Source of the DNA: Candidatus Fervidifonticultor tertius
GTDB taxonomy: Bacteria > Sysuimicrobiota > Sysuimicrobiia > Sysuimicrobiales > Humicultoraceae
Assembly: GCA_031459235.1 (NCBI GenBank)
Contig: JAVKIY010000006.1
Coordinates: 2,067-66,066 of the forward strand
Direction: 5' to 3'
DNA length: 64,000 nucleotides
In this document: positions 8,868-17,232 of the stretch, one piece after another
Layout of the letters: every line of letters begins with the position of its first letter
Numbering within the stretch: position 1 is the first letter of the stretch
Program-made: the position numbers and the translations under genes
The notes under the pieces: generated by a model
Seen by the model: only the letters and a program-made list of their open reading frames with translations
Databases searched by the model: none
Told to the model about the DNA's origin: nothing

Positions 8868-9779
8868 CTACAACATGGCCCTGCGCGCGTGTGCCCGTGG
8901 ATCGAGGACGTCACGCAGCCCGTCCCCGATGAAGTTCAGCGCCAGCACCACCAGGAAGATCCCCATCCCGGGGATCGTGGACACCCACCAGCCCTCGTAG
9001 ATGTGGTTCCGGCCGTCGGCGATCATCGTGCCCCACGAGGGCGTCGGCGGCTGGATGCCCAGCCCGAGGAACGAGACGGCCGACTCGAGCAGCAGCAGCC
9101 GGGCGATCTCGAACGTGGTCAGAATCACCATGGGCGTCGCCAGGTTCGGCAGGACATGGCGGAAGATCAGCCGCGACTCGCGCCCCCCCAGCGCCCGCGC
9201 GGCCTCCACGTACTGCGCCGCGACCACGACCAGCGTCGAGCCGCGGATGATGCGCGCGTAGTGCGCCCACGCGGGGACCCCCAGCACCACGATCAGCATC
9301 GGCAAGCTCGTGCCGAGCACCGCGATGATCGCGATAACGAGTAGAATGAGCGGGAAGGCGAGCTGGACGTCCACCAGCCGCATCACGATCACGTCCGCCA
9401 GCCCGCCGCGGTAGCCCGCCACGACCCCGGCGGTGACGCCGATGAGCGCGGCCAGCGTCACCGCGCTCAACGCCACGAAGAGCGAGAACCGGCCACCGTA
9501 CATCATGCGGCTGAGAATGTCGCGGCCCAGGTTGTCGGTCCCCAGCGGGTGCGCCCACCGGCCCCCCGCGAGCAGCGCCGGGGGGACAAGCCGCGCGTCC
9601 AGGTCCGACCACGCCGGCGGGTGCGGGAGCCACGCCACCGGCCACAGCGCCGCGACCACCACCGGCACGAGCAGGACGAGCCCCGCGACCGCCATGCGGT
9701 CGCGGAGAAACGCGCGGACCGCCCGCCGCCGGCGCGGCACCGCGACCGCGACCTGCCGCGGCAGGACCGTCGCGCTCAC
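8868..9779 (-). CDS. ABC permease, DppC/OppC-like, module 1
   Basis: 303 aa. HPLGTDNLGRDILSRMMYG N-terminal motif and EAA-loop region YVEAARALGGRESRLIFRHVLPN. Confidence 0.9.
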   Translation of the reverse strand: MSATVLPRQVAVAVPRRRRAVRAFLRDRMAVAGLVLLVPVVVAALWPVAWLPHPPAWSDLDARLVPPALLAGGRWAHPLGTDNLGRDILSRMMYGGRFSLFVALSAVTLAALIGVTAGVVAGYRGGLADVIVMRLVDVQLAFPLILLVIAIIAVLGTSLPMLIVVLGVPAWAHYARIIRGSTLVVVAAQYVEAARALGGRESRLIFRHVLPNLATPMVILTTFEIARLLLLESAVSFLGLGIQPPTPSWGTMIADGRNHIYEGWWVSTIPGMGIFLVVLALNFIGDGLRDVLDPRAHARRAML

Positions 9780-9780
9780 G

Positions 9781-10698
9781 TCAGTCCGCCACCCGGATCC
9801 GCGGGTCCACGATGACGTAGACCACGTCGGCCAGCAGGTTGATGACGACGAACAGCACCGCGGTGACCATCACGGTGACCTGGACCACGGGGAAGTCGCG
9901 CGTGTAGATCGCCTGCACCGCCAGGCGGCCCACGCCGGGCCAGGAGAACACCGTCTCGGTCACCACCGCGCCCGACAGCAGGGTGCCGAACTGCAGCGCG
10001 ACGATGGTGACGACCGGGATCAGCGCGTTGCGCAACGCGTGCCCGGCCACGACCCGCGCGCGCGTGAGCCCCTTTGCCCGCGCCGTGCGGACGAAGTCCT
10101 CGCCCAGCACCTCCAGCATGGCGCCGCGGGCGAACCGCGCGACCACCGCGATCTGGTAGGCGGCCAGCGTGGCGGCCGGCAGGATGAGCTGCGCGAGCGT
10201 GCCGCGGCCGCCGGTCGGCAGCAGCTTGAGGTGCGCGCCGAAGACAATGATCGCCACCAGCCCCAGGTAGAAGCCGGGAATCGCCTGCCCCACCAGCGCC
10301 GAGCCGCGCACAAGCCCGTCGAAGCCGGAGTTGGGGCGCAGGGCCGCCACAACCCCCACCGGCAGCCCGATCGCCAGCGCCAGAAGCAGCGCCGCCGCCG
10401 TCAGCTCGAGCGTGGCCGGCAACCGTTCCACGAACAACGAGAGCGCCGACTGCCGGTAGCGCAGCGAGAGGCCGAAGTCGCCCCGCAGCGCCCGGCCGAG
10501 GAAACGCGCGTACTGCACGTAGATCGGCCGGTCGAGCCCCAACTCCGCGCGCATCTCGGCCACGGCCTCGGCGGTGGCCGCCTCGCCGAGCAAGATGACC
10601 ACCGGGTCGCCGGTGAGCCGCACCAGCCCGAAGACGACGACCGAGACGCCGAGCAGGACGACGAGCAGCTGGGCGAACCGTCGGAGCAGGAACCGCAC
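9781..10698 (-). CDS. ABC permease, DppB/OppB-like, module 1
   Basis: 305 aa. N-terminus MRFLLRRFAQLLVVLLGVSVVVF, EAA loop DFVRTARAKGLTRARVVAGHALRNAL, C-terminus VDPRIR. Confidence 0.9.
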   Translation of the reverse strand: MRFLLRRFAQLLVVLLGVSVVVFGLVRLTGDPVVILLGEAATAEAVAEMRAELGLDRPIYVQYARFLGRALRGDFGLSLRYRQSALSLFVERLPATLELTAAALLLALAIGLPVGVVAALRPNSGFDGLVRGSALVGQAIPGFYLGLVAIIVFGAHLKLLPTGGRGTLAQLILPAATLAAYQIAVVARFARGAMLEVLGEDFVRTARAKGLTRARVVAGHALRNALIPVVTIVALQFGTLLSGAVVTETVFSWPGVGRLAVQAIYTRDFPVVQVTVMVTAVLFVVINLLADVVYVIVDPRIRVAD

Positions 10699-10704
10699 GC
10701 CTCG

Positions 10705-11709
10705 CTAGGCCTCCCGCGCCGGCCCCCAGCCGGCATTCGGCCGCGTGAGGTCGGCGAGCCCGTACGCCCAGTAGCCCGGGCGCACCGGGTACGACCGCGC
10801 CACGAGCGTCCAGGCGCCCCGACACGGCGCGCGCAGTACCTCGAGCTCCTCGAAGGAGTACGGACTGATGACGCGCCCCGCGACCGCGCCGGCGTCGACC
10901 TCGCGGTGCAGCCCGTCGGGGCCAACCTCGGCCTGCAGGTAGCCGCCCACCGAGGGGTTGACGCGGATGTGGCGGTCGTAGTGCAGGTACCGGTCGAGCC
11001 GGATCGGGTCGCCCGGAAGCATCCCGATCGCGCGCATCGCGCTCATCATGCCCTCGACCACTTCCTCGATCCATCGCTCCTCGAGCTCGGGGGCGAAGCC
11101 GACCCCGCCGATCTCGACAACGATCGGCACGACGCCGAGCTTGGCGCCGGCGTAGCCCACCGACGAGCGCGGCCCAGGAAACCCGACGATGTCGCGGTGG
11201 TAGATCGCCGGGCACCCGAACGCCTGCGCCATCACCCCCGCTTGCCGCACCTGATCGGCGGTCGGCAGGTCCTTGGGCCACACGACGGTGTGGAAGACGG
11301 CCCACGCGAGCCCGAGGTGCATGTCGATCAGGTACTGGCACGGCTGGAGCACATGCTCGGTGATCGTCTTCGCGAGCTGGTCGCCGATCCACGTGTAGTG
11401 CCCCGGGAAGATGCGGTTGAGGTCCGGGGAATCGGACTCGTCGGGCGTGTTCCGGGTCATGTGGTTGAGCGCGGGCGGGTTCCCGACGGGCACAGCGAGC
11501 ACGCGGCCGGCCAGTGCCTTCGGGTCGAGGCGTCCGACGAACCGCCGCACCATCTCGATCGACATCCACTCGCAGCCGTGCAGCGTCGAGAGGACGGCGA
11601 GCGTCGGCCCGTCCCGCGCGCCCCGTATCTCGTGGACGGGTAGCGCGATCTCGCCGCCGTGCAGGTCCACCGTCACAGGGACTCTGCGGAACGTCTTGGC
11701 TGGGGTCAC
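10705..11709 (-). CDS. Succinylglutamate desuccinylase/aspartoacylase (AstE/AspA, M14-like) family protein
   Basis: Motifs PTLAVLSTLHGCEW and DLNRIFPG. I prefer the in-frame GTG at 11709 (GGGAGG SD 6 nt upstream) over the ORF-track start at 11763. Confidence 0.8.
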   Translation of the reverse strand: MTPAKTFRRVPVTVDLHGGEIALPVHEIRGARDGPTLAVLSTLHGCEWMSIEMVRRFVGRLDPKALAGRVLAVPVGNPPALNHMTRNTPDESDSPDLNRIFPGHYTWIGDQLAKTITEHVLQPCQYLIDMHLGLAWAVFHTVVWPKDLPTADQVRQAGVMAQAFGCPAIYHRDIVGFPGPRSSVGYAGAKLGVVPIVVEIGGVGFAPELEERWIEEVVEGMMSAMRAIGMLPGDPIRLDRYLHYDRHIRVNPSVGGYLQAEVGPDGLHREVDAGAVAGRVISPYSFEELEVLRAPCRGAWTLVARSYPVRPGYWAYGLADLTRPNAGWGPAREA

Positions 11710-11855
11710 GTACCACCTCCCGGGAGCTTCCAGCGAGCGCGGCGTCCTTCTCCAATACGGCACGGCGCGCGCTGTCTCCTTCGGCGTCCGCAGGAGCGGC
11801 GTCAGCGCCGGGACGGCATGGCGGAACGCCGTCGTGTGCGTTCGGGGCGGCGGTG

Positions 11856-12887
11856 TTACGACAGCGGGGAGACCGAAAACCGCAGGACGACCGACGCGAC
11901 CAGCAGCGCGAGCGCGACGCCGCCGAAGACGGCCGCGACCTCAGTCGGCCGGCGCTCCCACCCGATCGTGCGGGCCAGGTGGCGGTAGACCGTGCGCAGC
12001 CGGCCCGCCTCGTCGGCCCGGAAGTACTCGCCGCCGGTGGCGTCGGCGATCGCGCGCAGCGTCGGCTCGTCGAGCACGCCGAAATAGCCGCTGCGCAGGA
12101 ACGCCGGGTCGGTGTCGGTGCCGACGCCCACGGTGTAGACGCGCACGCCGCGGCGCCGCGCCTCGGCCGCGGCCTCTAGCGGCGGGACGCCGTCGCTCGC
12201 GCGGCCGTCGGAGAGGAGGACGGCGATCGCCCGCGGACGGCTCTGGGGCACGGGTCCGGCCGGCGCGTCGCCGGGTCGACCCGGGGCTCCCGGCATTCCA
12301 GGGAACGGCGAGCCCTGGTAGGGTGAGAACCACGACGGCGGCGGCGCCGGGACATCCTCGCCCAGCACCACGTTCACGCCCTCCCACAGGCCGGTGCCGA
12401 GCTGCGTGCGCAGCTCCAGCGAAAGGTGCGCGATCGCCTCGCGCAACCGCTGGCGGTCGTCGGTGAGCGGGACTACAACCGTGACCTGGCTCCCGAACGT
12501 CACCAGGGTGACCCGCGACGCGCGGGGCAGGCCGGCGACGAAGTCGAGCGCCGCGGCCTTGGACGCTTCAAAGCGCGTGGGGAGGATGTCGGTCTCGTCC
12601 ATACTGCGGCTGACGTCGATGATGACGGCCACCGGATGACCCGTGGGCACCGGCCAGGGCACGACCGGCCCCGCGGCCCCGAGCACCACAACGGCCAGCG
12701 CCGCCGCGAAGAGCGCGGCGGCGGCGTGCCGGCGACGCCCCGCGCGCGCCGCGACCTCGGCAATGAGGGCCAGTGGGTAGGCGACCGGCCCGCGGCGCGG
12801 TGGGCGCGCGTGCGCCCGAACGTAGAGCGCCCCCAGCCCGGCCACGACCGCGAGGCCCCAGAGCAGCGCGGGATAGGTCCAGGTCAC
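11856..12887 (-). CDS. VWA-domain membrane protein (BatA-like), with N- and C-terminal TM helices
   Basis: VWA MIDAS-type VIIDVSRSM. Hydrophobic N-terminus (TYPALLWGLAVVAGLGALYV) and C-terminus. Start set at GTG 12887, which forms a GTGA overlap with the upstream small ORF. Confidence 0.8.
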   Translation of the reverse strand: MTWTYPALLWGLAVVAGLGALYVRAHARPPRRGPVAYPLALIAEVAARAGRRRHAAAALFAAALAVVVLGAAGPVVPWPVPTGHPVAVIIDVSRSMDETDILPTRFEASKAAALDFVAGLPRASRVTLVTFGSQVTVVVPLTDDRQRLREAIAHLSLELRTQLGTGLWEGVNVVLGEDVPAPPPSWFSPYQGSPFPGMPGAPGRPGDAPAGPVPQSRPRAIAVLLSDGRASDGVPPLEAAAEARRRGVRVYTVGVGTDTDPAFLRSGYFGVLDEPTLRAIADATGGEYFRADEAGRLRTVYRHLARTIGWERRPTEVAAVFGGVALALLVASVVLRFSVSPLS

Positions 12888-13216
12888 GGCGAGACCGCCG
12901 GGGCGAGGGCCATAGCCGTATCGTACCACGCGTCACCCCAGGCGTCCGCCTGTCGGCGCAGCGCCTCTGCGCGCGCGTTCCGCCGGCCGCGCCGCACCGC
13001 CTCCCGGGGCGGCCGGTAGCCGACCAGTTTGCCGCAGTGGCACAGGTAGCAGCGCGCGCCGCCGCACCCGAAGGCGGGACGCTTGCGAAAGCAGCCCGCG
13101 GCCGCGCGGCGGTCGTGCGTGTAGTCGGTCGAACCGGACGGGATGTCGCTGAAGCGGCGCCGAGAGGCGCGCCGCCGGGCGAGCATGAAGGGCAGGTCGT
13201 TGTGCCAGCGTCGCAT
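12884..13216 (-). CDS. Small basic Cys-rich protein (110 aa), function unknown
   Basis: ATG 13216 with a GAGGAGGG SD 7 nt upstream. MRRWHNDLPFMLARRR.. followed by CFRKRPAFGCGGARCYLCHCGKL (C-x8-C-x4-C-x2-C-H-C). High GC3. The stop is fused to the VWA start (GTGA). Confidence 0.65.
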   Translation of the reverse strand: MRRWHNDLPFMLARRRASRRRFSDIPSGSTDYTHDRRAAAGCFRKRPAFGCGGARCYLCHCGKLVGYRPPREAVRRGRRNARAEALRRQADAWGDAWYDTAMALAPAVSP

Positions 13217-13305
13217 GATACGCCCTCCTCGGGCTGTCATAGCATCATGCGGATTACCTCCTCGGGCCGGGGGCCGGCCACGTTCCGGACTGCGAGGCTT
13301 TGATG

Positions 13306-13627
13306 CTACGAGAAGATCGGAGCGGGATCAAGCGCAAACCCCGGGAGGATGGGCTCCAGCGACACCGGACCCGCCGGCTCCGCCACCCGCACGTCCTGGT
13401 CGGGCTCGTGCACCTCGACGGCCCGGCGCTCGGGGTCGAGGAGCACGGCGAGCCGCGCGCCGTTTGCGAGGTACGCCTGCATCTTCGCGCGCAGGTCGCG
13501 CAGCGCGTCAATCCGAGATCGGATCCCCGGACGGCGCTTGCTCGATCTGCAGGCCGGGGTTCCGGCGGGACAGATCGAGGATCTCCTGATCGGTCGGCGG
13601 CGCGGCCAGTCTGAGGCTGATGGCCAT
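13306..13627 (-). pseudogene. Uma2-family (DUF820) endonuclease remnant, internally deleted and frameshifted
   Basis: ATG 13627 (GGGGAGG SD) gives MAISLRLAAPPTDQEILDLSRRNPGLQIEQAPSGDPISD*, the Uma2 N-terminus. A second frame continues RSRIDALRDLRAKMQAYLANGARLAVLLDPERRAVEVHEP..LPGFALDPAPIFS, the Uma2 C-terminus. About 100 central residues are missing. Confidence 0.6.
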
Positions 13628-13709
13628 GGGTTGCCTCCCCCGACGCCGTGAGCAGATTGTAGCACGAGGCCCCCACCTCTTGGGGGGGCGCGGTGCCCGT
13701 GGTGCCCCT

Positions 13710-13838
13710 CCCGATTATCCGGGGCGGCTCCCGAAGGTCGCTGGCGTCTACGTCTTCGGCCGGCGCTGGGGGGCACGGCTTCGAGGCTCTGCACGTGGGC
13801 AAGGCGAACCACATCCGAGGCCGGGTGCCGGGGACGAC
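13710..13838 (+). pseudogene. Possible GIY-YIG nuclease-domain remnant (frameshifted)
   Basis: Frame A reads PDYPGRLPKVAGVYVFG (GIY-like). Frame B, a +1 shift about 30 nt later, reads ALHVGKANHIRGRV (YIG-like: LYVGKA.NLR.R). No intact ORF spans both. Confidence 0.3.
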
Positions 13839-14016
13839 GACCTGAAGCTGCCGCTCGAGTTGCCCCGCCGGCTGCTGGAACGACGCAGCCCTCCCCCGTA
13901 GCGAGCGGCCTCACGCAGGGAGCCGCGGGGACCCGCCCGAAGTGTTGCATGCTGGCGCGGGGTCGGCTCGCGGCTCCGGCCCCGCCAAATCCACCACCCC
14001 AGGGGAGGTGGCGTGC

Positions 14017-15300
14017 GTGAAGCACGTGCTTGCCTTGCTCGCAGCCGTCGGCCTGCTCCTTGGCCTTGCGTCGGTCGGGGCCACGCAACAGCAGGTCACC
14101 ATCACGTACTGGCAGTACTTTTTCGAGTCCAAGGTCCGGCTCATCGACCAGCTCATCCCGCAGTTTCAGGCGCAGAACCCCGGCATCCGCGTCGTCCACG
14201 AGAACTTCCCTTACGACACCTACAACCAAAAGGTGGCGAGCGCGGTGCCGGCGGGCCAGGGGCCGGATGTCATCAACCTGTTCTACGGCTGGGTGCCGCT
14301 CTACGTGGACTCGGGCTACCTCCAGCCACTGCCGACCGACGCGTTCCCGGTGCAGGAACTGGAACGCGAGTTCGTGCCGATGCTCCGCAACTCGCGGTTC
14401 GACGGCAAGTACTGGGCGCTGCCCACCGCGGTCCGTAGCCTGGCGATGTTCTACAACGACGACCTGCTCGCACGCGCGGGCGTGGCGCGGGCACCCGTCA
14501 CGTGGGATGAGTTCCTCGTCGCGGCAGAGAAGACCACGGTTCGCGACGCGGCGGGCCGTATCCAGGTCGAGGGCTTCGGCATCGCCCCGGGCGGCCAGGA
14601 CCACCACCTGATCCGCGAGGTCCTCTTTCGGCAGTGGGGCGCCGCGCCCTACAGCCCCGACGGCCGGCGCGTGACCTACGCGACCCCGCAGGGCGCCGAG
14701 GCGCTCAGGTGGTACACCGACCTGATCACCCGTCACAAGGTCGGCGCGATCGACTTCTTCCCGGGCGCGAACGGCTACCGCAACGCGTTCATGGCGGGCC
14801 GCGCGGCGATGATCTTCGACGGGTCGTTCGCAATCGGCGCCATCCGCGGCGGCACGCGCGCGAAGTGGGGTGTCGCGCCGCTGCCCCGGCGCTCGGCCGG
14901 CGGCGAGGCGTCGAACTTCGGATCGTACTGGGTGCACGGGCTCACCGTGCGCGCGACCGGCCCGAAGCGGGACGCGGCGATCAGGTTCCTGAAGTTCCTC
15001 GTCTCACCCGAGGTACAGCGGGTCTGGCTCGAGCGCGTGGGCGAGCTGCCCGCCAGCCGCAGCCTGGTCAGCGACGCGCGCCTGGCGAACGACGCGGTCT
15101 TCGGGCCGTTCATCCAGGGCCTGGCGTACTCGCGCGCGACGTTCTTCGTGGACGAGACCGCGCAGCGGCAGGTCCTGATGGACGCGGTCAACGAAGTCGT
15201 CGTGAACAACAAGAGCCCGATGCAGGCCCTCCAGGAGGCCGCCGCCAAGGAGCAGAAAATCCTCGACGACTTCTGGACGAAGCGGGCGAAGAAGCAGTAG
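14017..15300 (+). CDS. CUT1-family sugar ABC substrate-binding protein
   Basis: GTG 14017 (GGGGAGG SD) gives VKHVLALLAAVGLLLGLASVGA, a signal peptide. Family-1 binding-protein features (ITYWQYF.., PDVINLFYGW, MFYNDDLL). Confidence 0.9.
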   Translation: MKHVLALLAAVGLLLGLASVGATQQQVTITYWQYFFESKVRLIDQLIPQFQAQNPGIRVVHENFPYDTYNQKVASAVPAGQGPDVINLFYGWVPLYVDSGYLQPLPTDAFPVQELEREFVPMLRNSRFDGKYWALPTAVRSLAMFYNDDLLARAGVARAPVTWDEFLVAAEKTTVRDAAGRIQVEGFGIAPGGQDHHLIREVLFRQWGAAPYSPDGRRVTYATPQGAEALRWYTDLITRHKVGAIDFFPGANGYRNAFMAGRAAMIFDGSFAIGAIRGGTRAKWGVAPLPRRSAGGEASNFGSYWVHGLTVRATGPKRDAAIRFLKFLVSPEVQRVWLERVGELPASRSLVSDARLANDAVFGPFIQGLAYSRATFFVDETAQRQVLMDAVNEVVVNNKSPMQALQEAAAKEQKILDDFWTKRAKKQ

Positions 15301-15345
15301 CCCACACCCGGCGGCGGCGCGGAGCGCTCCCCGGGGGGTCGTCGG

Positions 15346-15374
15346 AGACGGCGGGCCCTGCGCCCGCCGTCTTT
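15346..15374 (+). terminator. Intercistronic hairpin after the sugar-binding-protein gene (attenuator/terminator-like)
   Basis: Perfect 11-bp stem agacggcgggc / gcccgccgtct with a 5-nt loop, followed by only tt. It lies between the binding-protein and permease genes. Confidence 0.35.
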
Positions 15375-15478
15375 GGCTTCGGGGCCCGCGGCCCAGACAC
15401 CGAGAACCCGCAAGGCCGCAGGATGACCGAAGAAGGGACCCTCCCCCGGCGGGCGAACCCGCGATAGCAGACCCCGTC

Positions 15479-16405
15479 ATGGCCACCCGCACGCAGGCCG
15501 CGCCCACCACCTGGCCGCACCTGGGCCTCGGCGCCCGCCGGGCGCTGTGGGCCTACGCCTTCCTGCTGGTGCCGCTCGCGTTCTTCCTGGCCATCCGGCT
15601 CGCGCCGGCCGCGTCGTCGCTCTACATCAGCCTCCACGAGTGGAACATCATCTCGCCGGAGAAGCCGTTCGTCGGGCTGCGCAACTTCCAGACCCTGCTC
15701 GCCGACCCGCGGTTCGCCCGCGCGGCGCTGAACACGGTCCGCTACGTCGCGGTGGGCATCCCGGCGCAGATCGTCCTGGGACTGTTGCTCGCCATGGCGT
15801 TGCGCCGCGTCACCCGCCTGCGCGGGCTGTTCCGGGCGCTGTACTTCATGCCGTTCGTCACCCCGGTGGTCGCCGCGGCGTGGGTGTGGCAGTGGATGTA
15901 CTCGGAGCAGTTCGGCCCGCTCAACTCGATCCTGGTCGCCCTGGGGCTCCCCACGCTGCAGTTCCTCCGCTCCCCGGGCCAGGCGCTCTACGCGATCACC
16001 GCGATGATCGTCTGGCAGTACCTGGGCTTCCAGATCGTCATCTTCCTGGCCGGGCTGGAGGCCATCCCGCGCGTCTACTACGAGGCGGCCGAGGTGGACG
16101 GCGCGTCGGGATGGCAGCTGTTCCGCCATGTCACGATCCCCCTGCTGAACCCGACGTTGGTCTTCTCGATCGTCTACAGCACCATCATCTATTTGCAGCT
16201 GTTCACCCAGGTCCTCAACATGACGTTCCAGGACCAGGGCGGCCCGCTGGCGAGCACGCTGACGCTCGTGCTCTACGTCTACCAACTCGGGTTCCAGCGG
16301 TTCCGGATGGGCGAGGCCGCCGCGGCCACCGCCGTGCTGTTCGCGGTCATCCTGGCGATCACGCTCCTCCAGATGAAGATCCTCTCAAAACCGGTAGAGT
16401 ACTGA
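15479..16405 (+). CDS. CUT1 sugar ABC permease (MalF/UgpA-like)
   Basis: 308 aa, six predicted TM segments, EAA-loop region YEAAEVDGASGWQLFRHVTIPLL. Confidence 0.9.
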   Translation: MATRTQAAPTTWPHLGLGARRALWAYAFLLVPLAFFLAIRLAPAASSLYISLHEWNIISPEKPFVGLRNFQTLLADPRFARAALNTVRYVAVGIPAQIVLGLLLAMALRRVTRLRGLFRALYFMPFVTPVVAAAWVWQWMYSEQFGPLNSILVALGLPTLQFLRSPGQALYAITAMIVWQYLGFQIVIFLAGLEAIPRVYYEAAEVDGASGWQLFRHVTIPLLNPTLVFSIVYSTIIYLQLFTQVLNMTFQDQGGPLASTLTLVLYVYQLGFQRFRMGEAAAATAVLFAVILAITLLQMKILSKPVEY

Positions 16406-17232
16406 TGGCGACCCGCGCGCGCTTCGACCCGAAGGTCGCGTTGATCTACGCGGTGCTGGCCGCCGGCACGGTCGTTGTGGCCTTCCCCTTCTTCTGGATG
16501 CTCTCCAGCGCGCTCAAACCGCCGATGGAGATCTTCGATCTGCGCTTCCTCCCCCAGCAGCCGACGCTCGACAACATCCGAGTGGTGCTCACGCGCACGC
16601 AGTTCCCCCGCTGGTTCTGGAACAGCTTCGTCGTCGCCGCCATCACCACGCTCAGCGTGGCCTTCTTCGACTCGCTGGTCGGCTACGCGCTGGCGAAGCT
16701 GCGGTTCTGGGGACGCGAGGTCATCTTCGTGCTGATCCTGGCGACGCTGATGATCCCCACGGAGATGCTGGTCATCCCTTGGTACATCCTGTCCAGCAGC
16801 CAGGGGTGGATCAACACGTACTGGGGCATCATGTTCCCGGGCCTGATCACGGCCTTCGGCATCTTCCTGGTCCGGCAGTTCATGTCGGGCGTGCCGGACG
16901 AGCTGCTCGACGCGGGTCGCATCGATGGGGTGAGCGAGTTCGGGCTCTACTGGCGCATCGCGCTGCCGCAGATCAAACCGGCCATGGCGGCGCTGTGCAT
17001 CTTCACGTTCCTGGGCAACTGGAACGCCTTCCTGTGGCCGATGATCGTGATCCAATCGGCCAGCATGCGCACGCTGCCGGTGGGGATCGCGCTGTTCTCG
17101 GGGGAGGCCGGGTCGCTGTGGCACCTAATCATGGCGTCGTCGGCCCTGGCGGTCATCCCCGTGCTGCTGGTCTTCGCGGTCCTTCAGCGGCAGATCATCG
17201 AGGGCATCGTGCTGACGGGGCTCAAGAACTGA
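16405..17232 (+). CDS. CUT1 sugar ABC permease (MalG/UgpE-like)
   Basis: ATG 16405 overlaps the previous stop (TGATG). AFPFFWMLSSALKP and DELLDAGRIDGVSEFGLYWRIALPQ (EAA loop). Confidence 0.9.
   Translation: MATRARFDPKVALIYAVLAAGTVVVAFPFFWMLSSALKPPMEIFDLRFLPQQPTLDNIRVVLTRTQFPRWFWNSFVVAAITTLSVAFFDSLVGYALAKLRFWGREVIFVLILATLMIPTEMLVIPWYILSSSQGWINTYWGIMFPGLITAFGIFLVRQFMSGVPDELLDAGRIDGVSEFGLYWRIALPQIKPAMAALCIFTFLGNWNAFLWPMIVIQSASMRTLPVGIALFSGEAGSLWHLIMASSALAVIPVLLVFAVLQRQIIEGIVLTGLKN

Noticed and set aside
9433-11755. 736-aa plus ORF and 659-aa minus ORF over the module-1 permease/AstE region
   Set aside because: Low-complexity RG/RP-rich translations. The alternative frame gives canonical DppB/DppC permeases and an AstE/AspA-like protein.
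11856-12887. Bat/MoxR aerotolerance-type operon around the VWA gene
   Set aside because: No MoxR AAA+ ATPase, DUF58, BatB/C/D or TPR partner genes flank it. Only the small Cys-rich ORF is linked to it.
12888-12929. ATG 12929 as the start of the VWA gene (ORF-track start)
   Set aside because: It would add 14 non-hydrophobic residues and overlap the small Cys-rich ORF by 46 nt. GTG 12887 gives a BatA-like N-terminus and a GTGA coupling junction. The longer form cannot be excluded without proteomics.
13620-13901. 93-aa plus-strand ORF as a genuine gene
   Set aside because: Composition is noise-like apart from the short GVYVF segment. I read it instead as part of a frameshifted GIY-YIG relic (low confidence).
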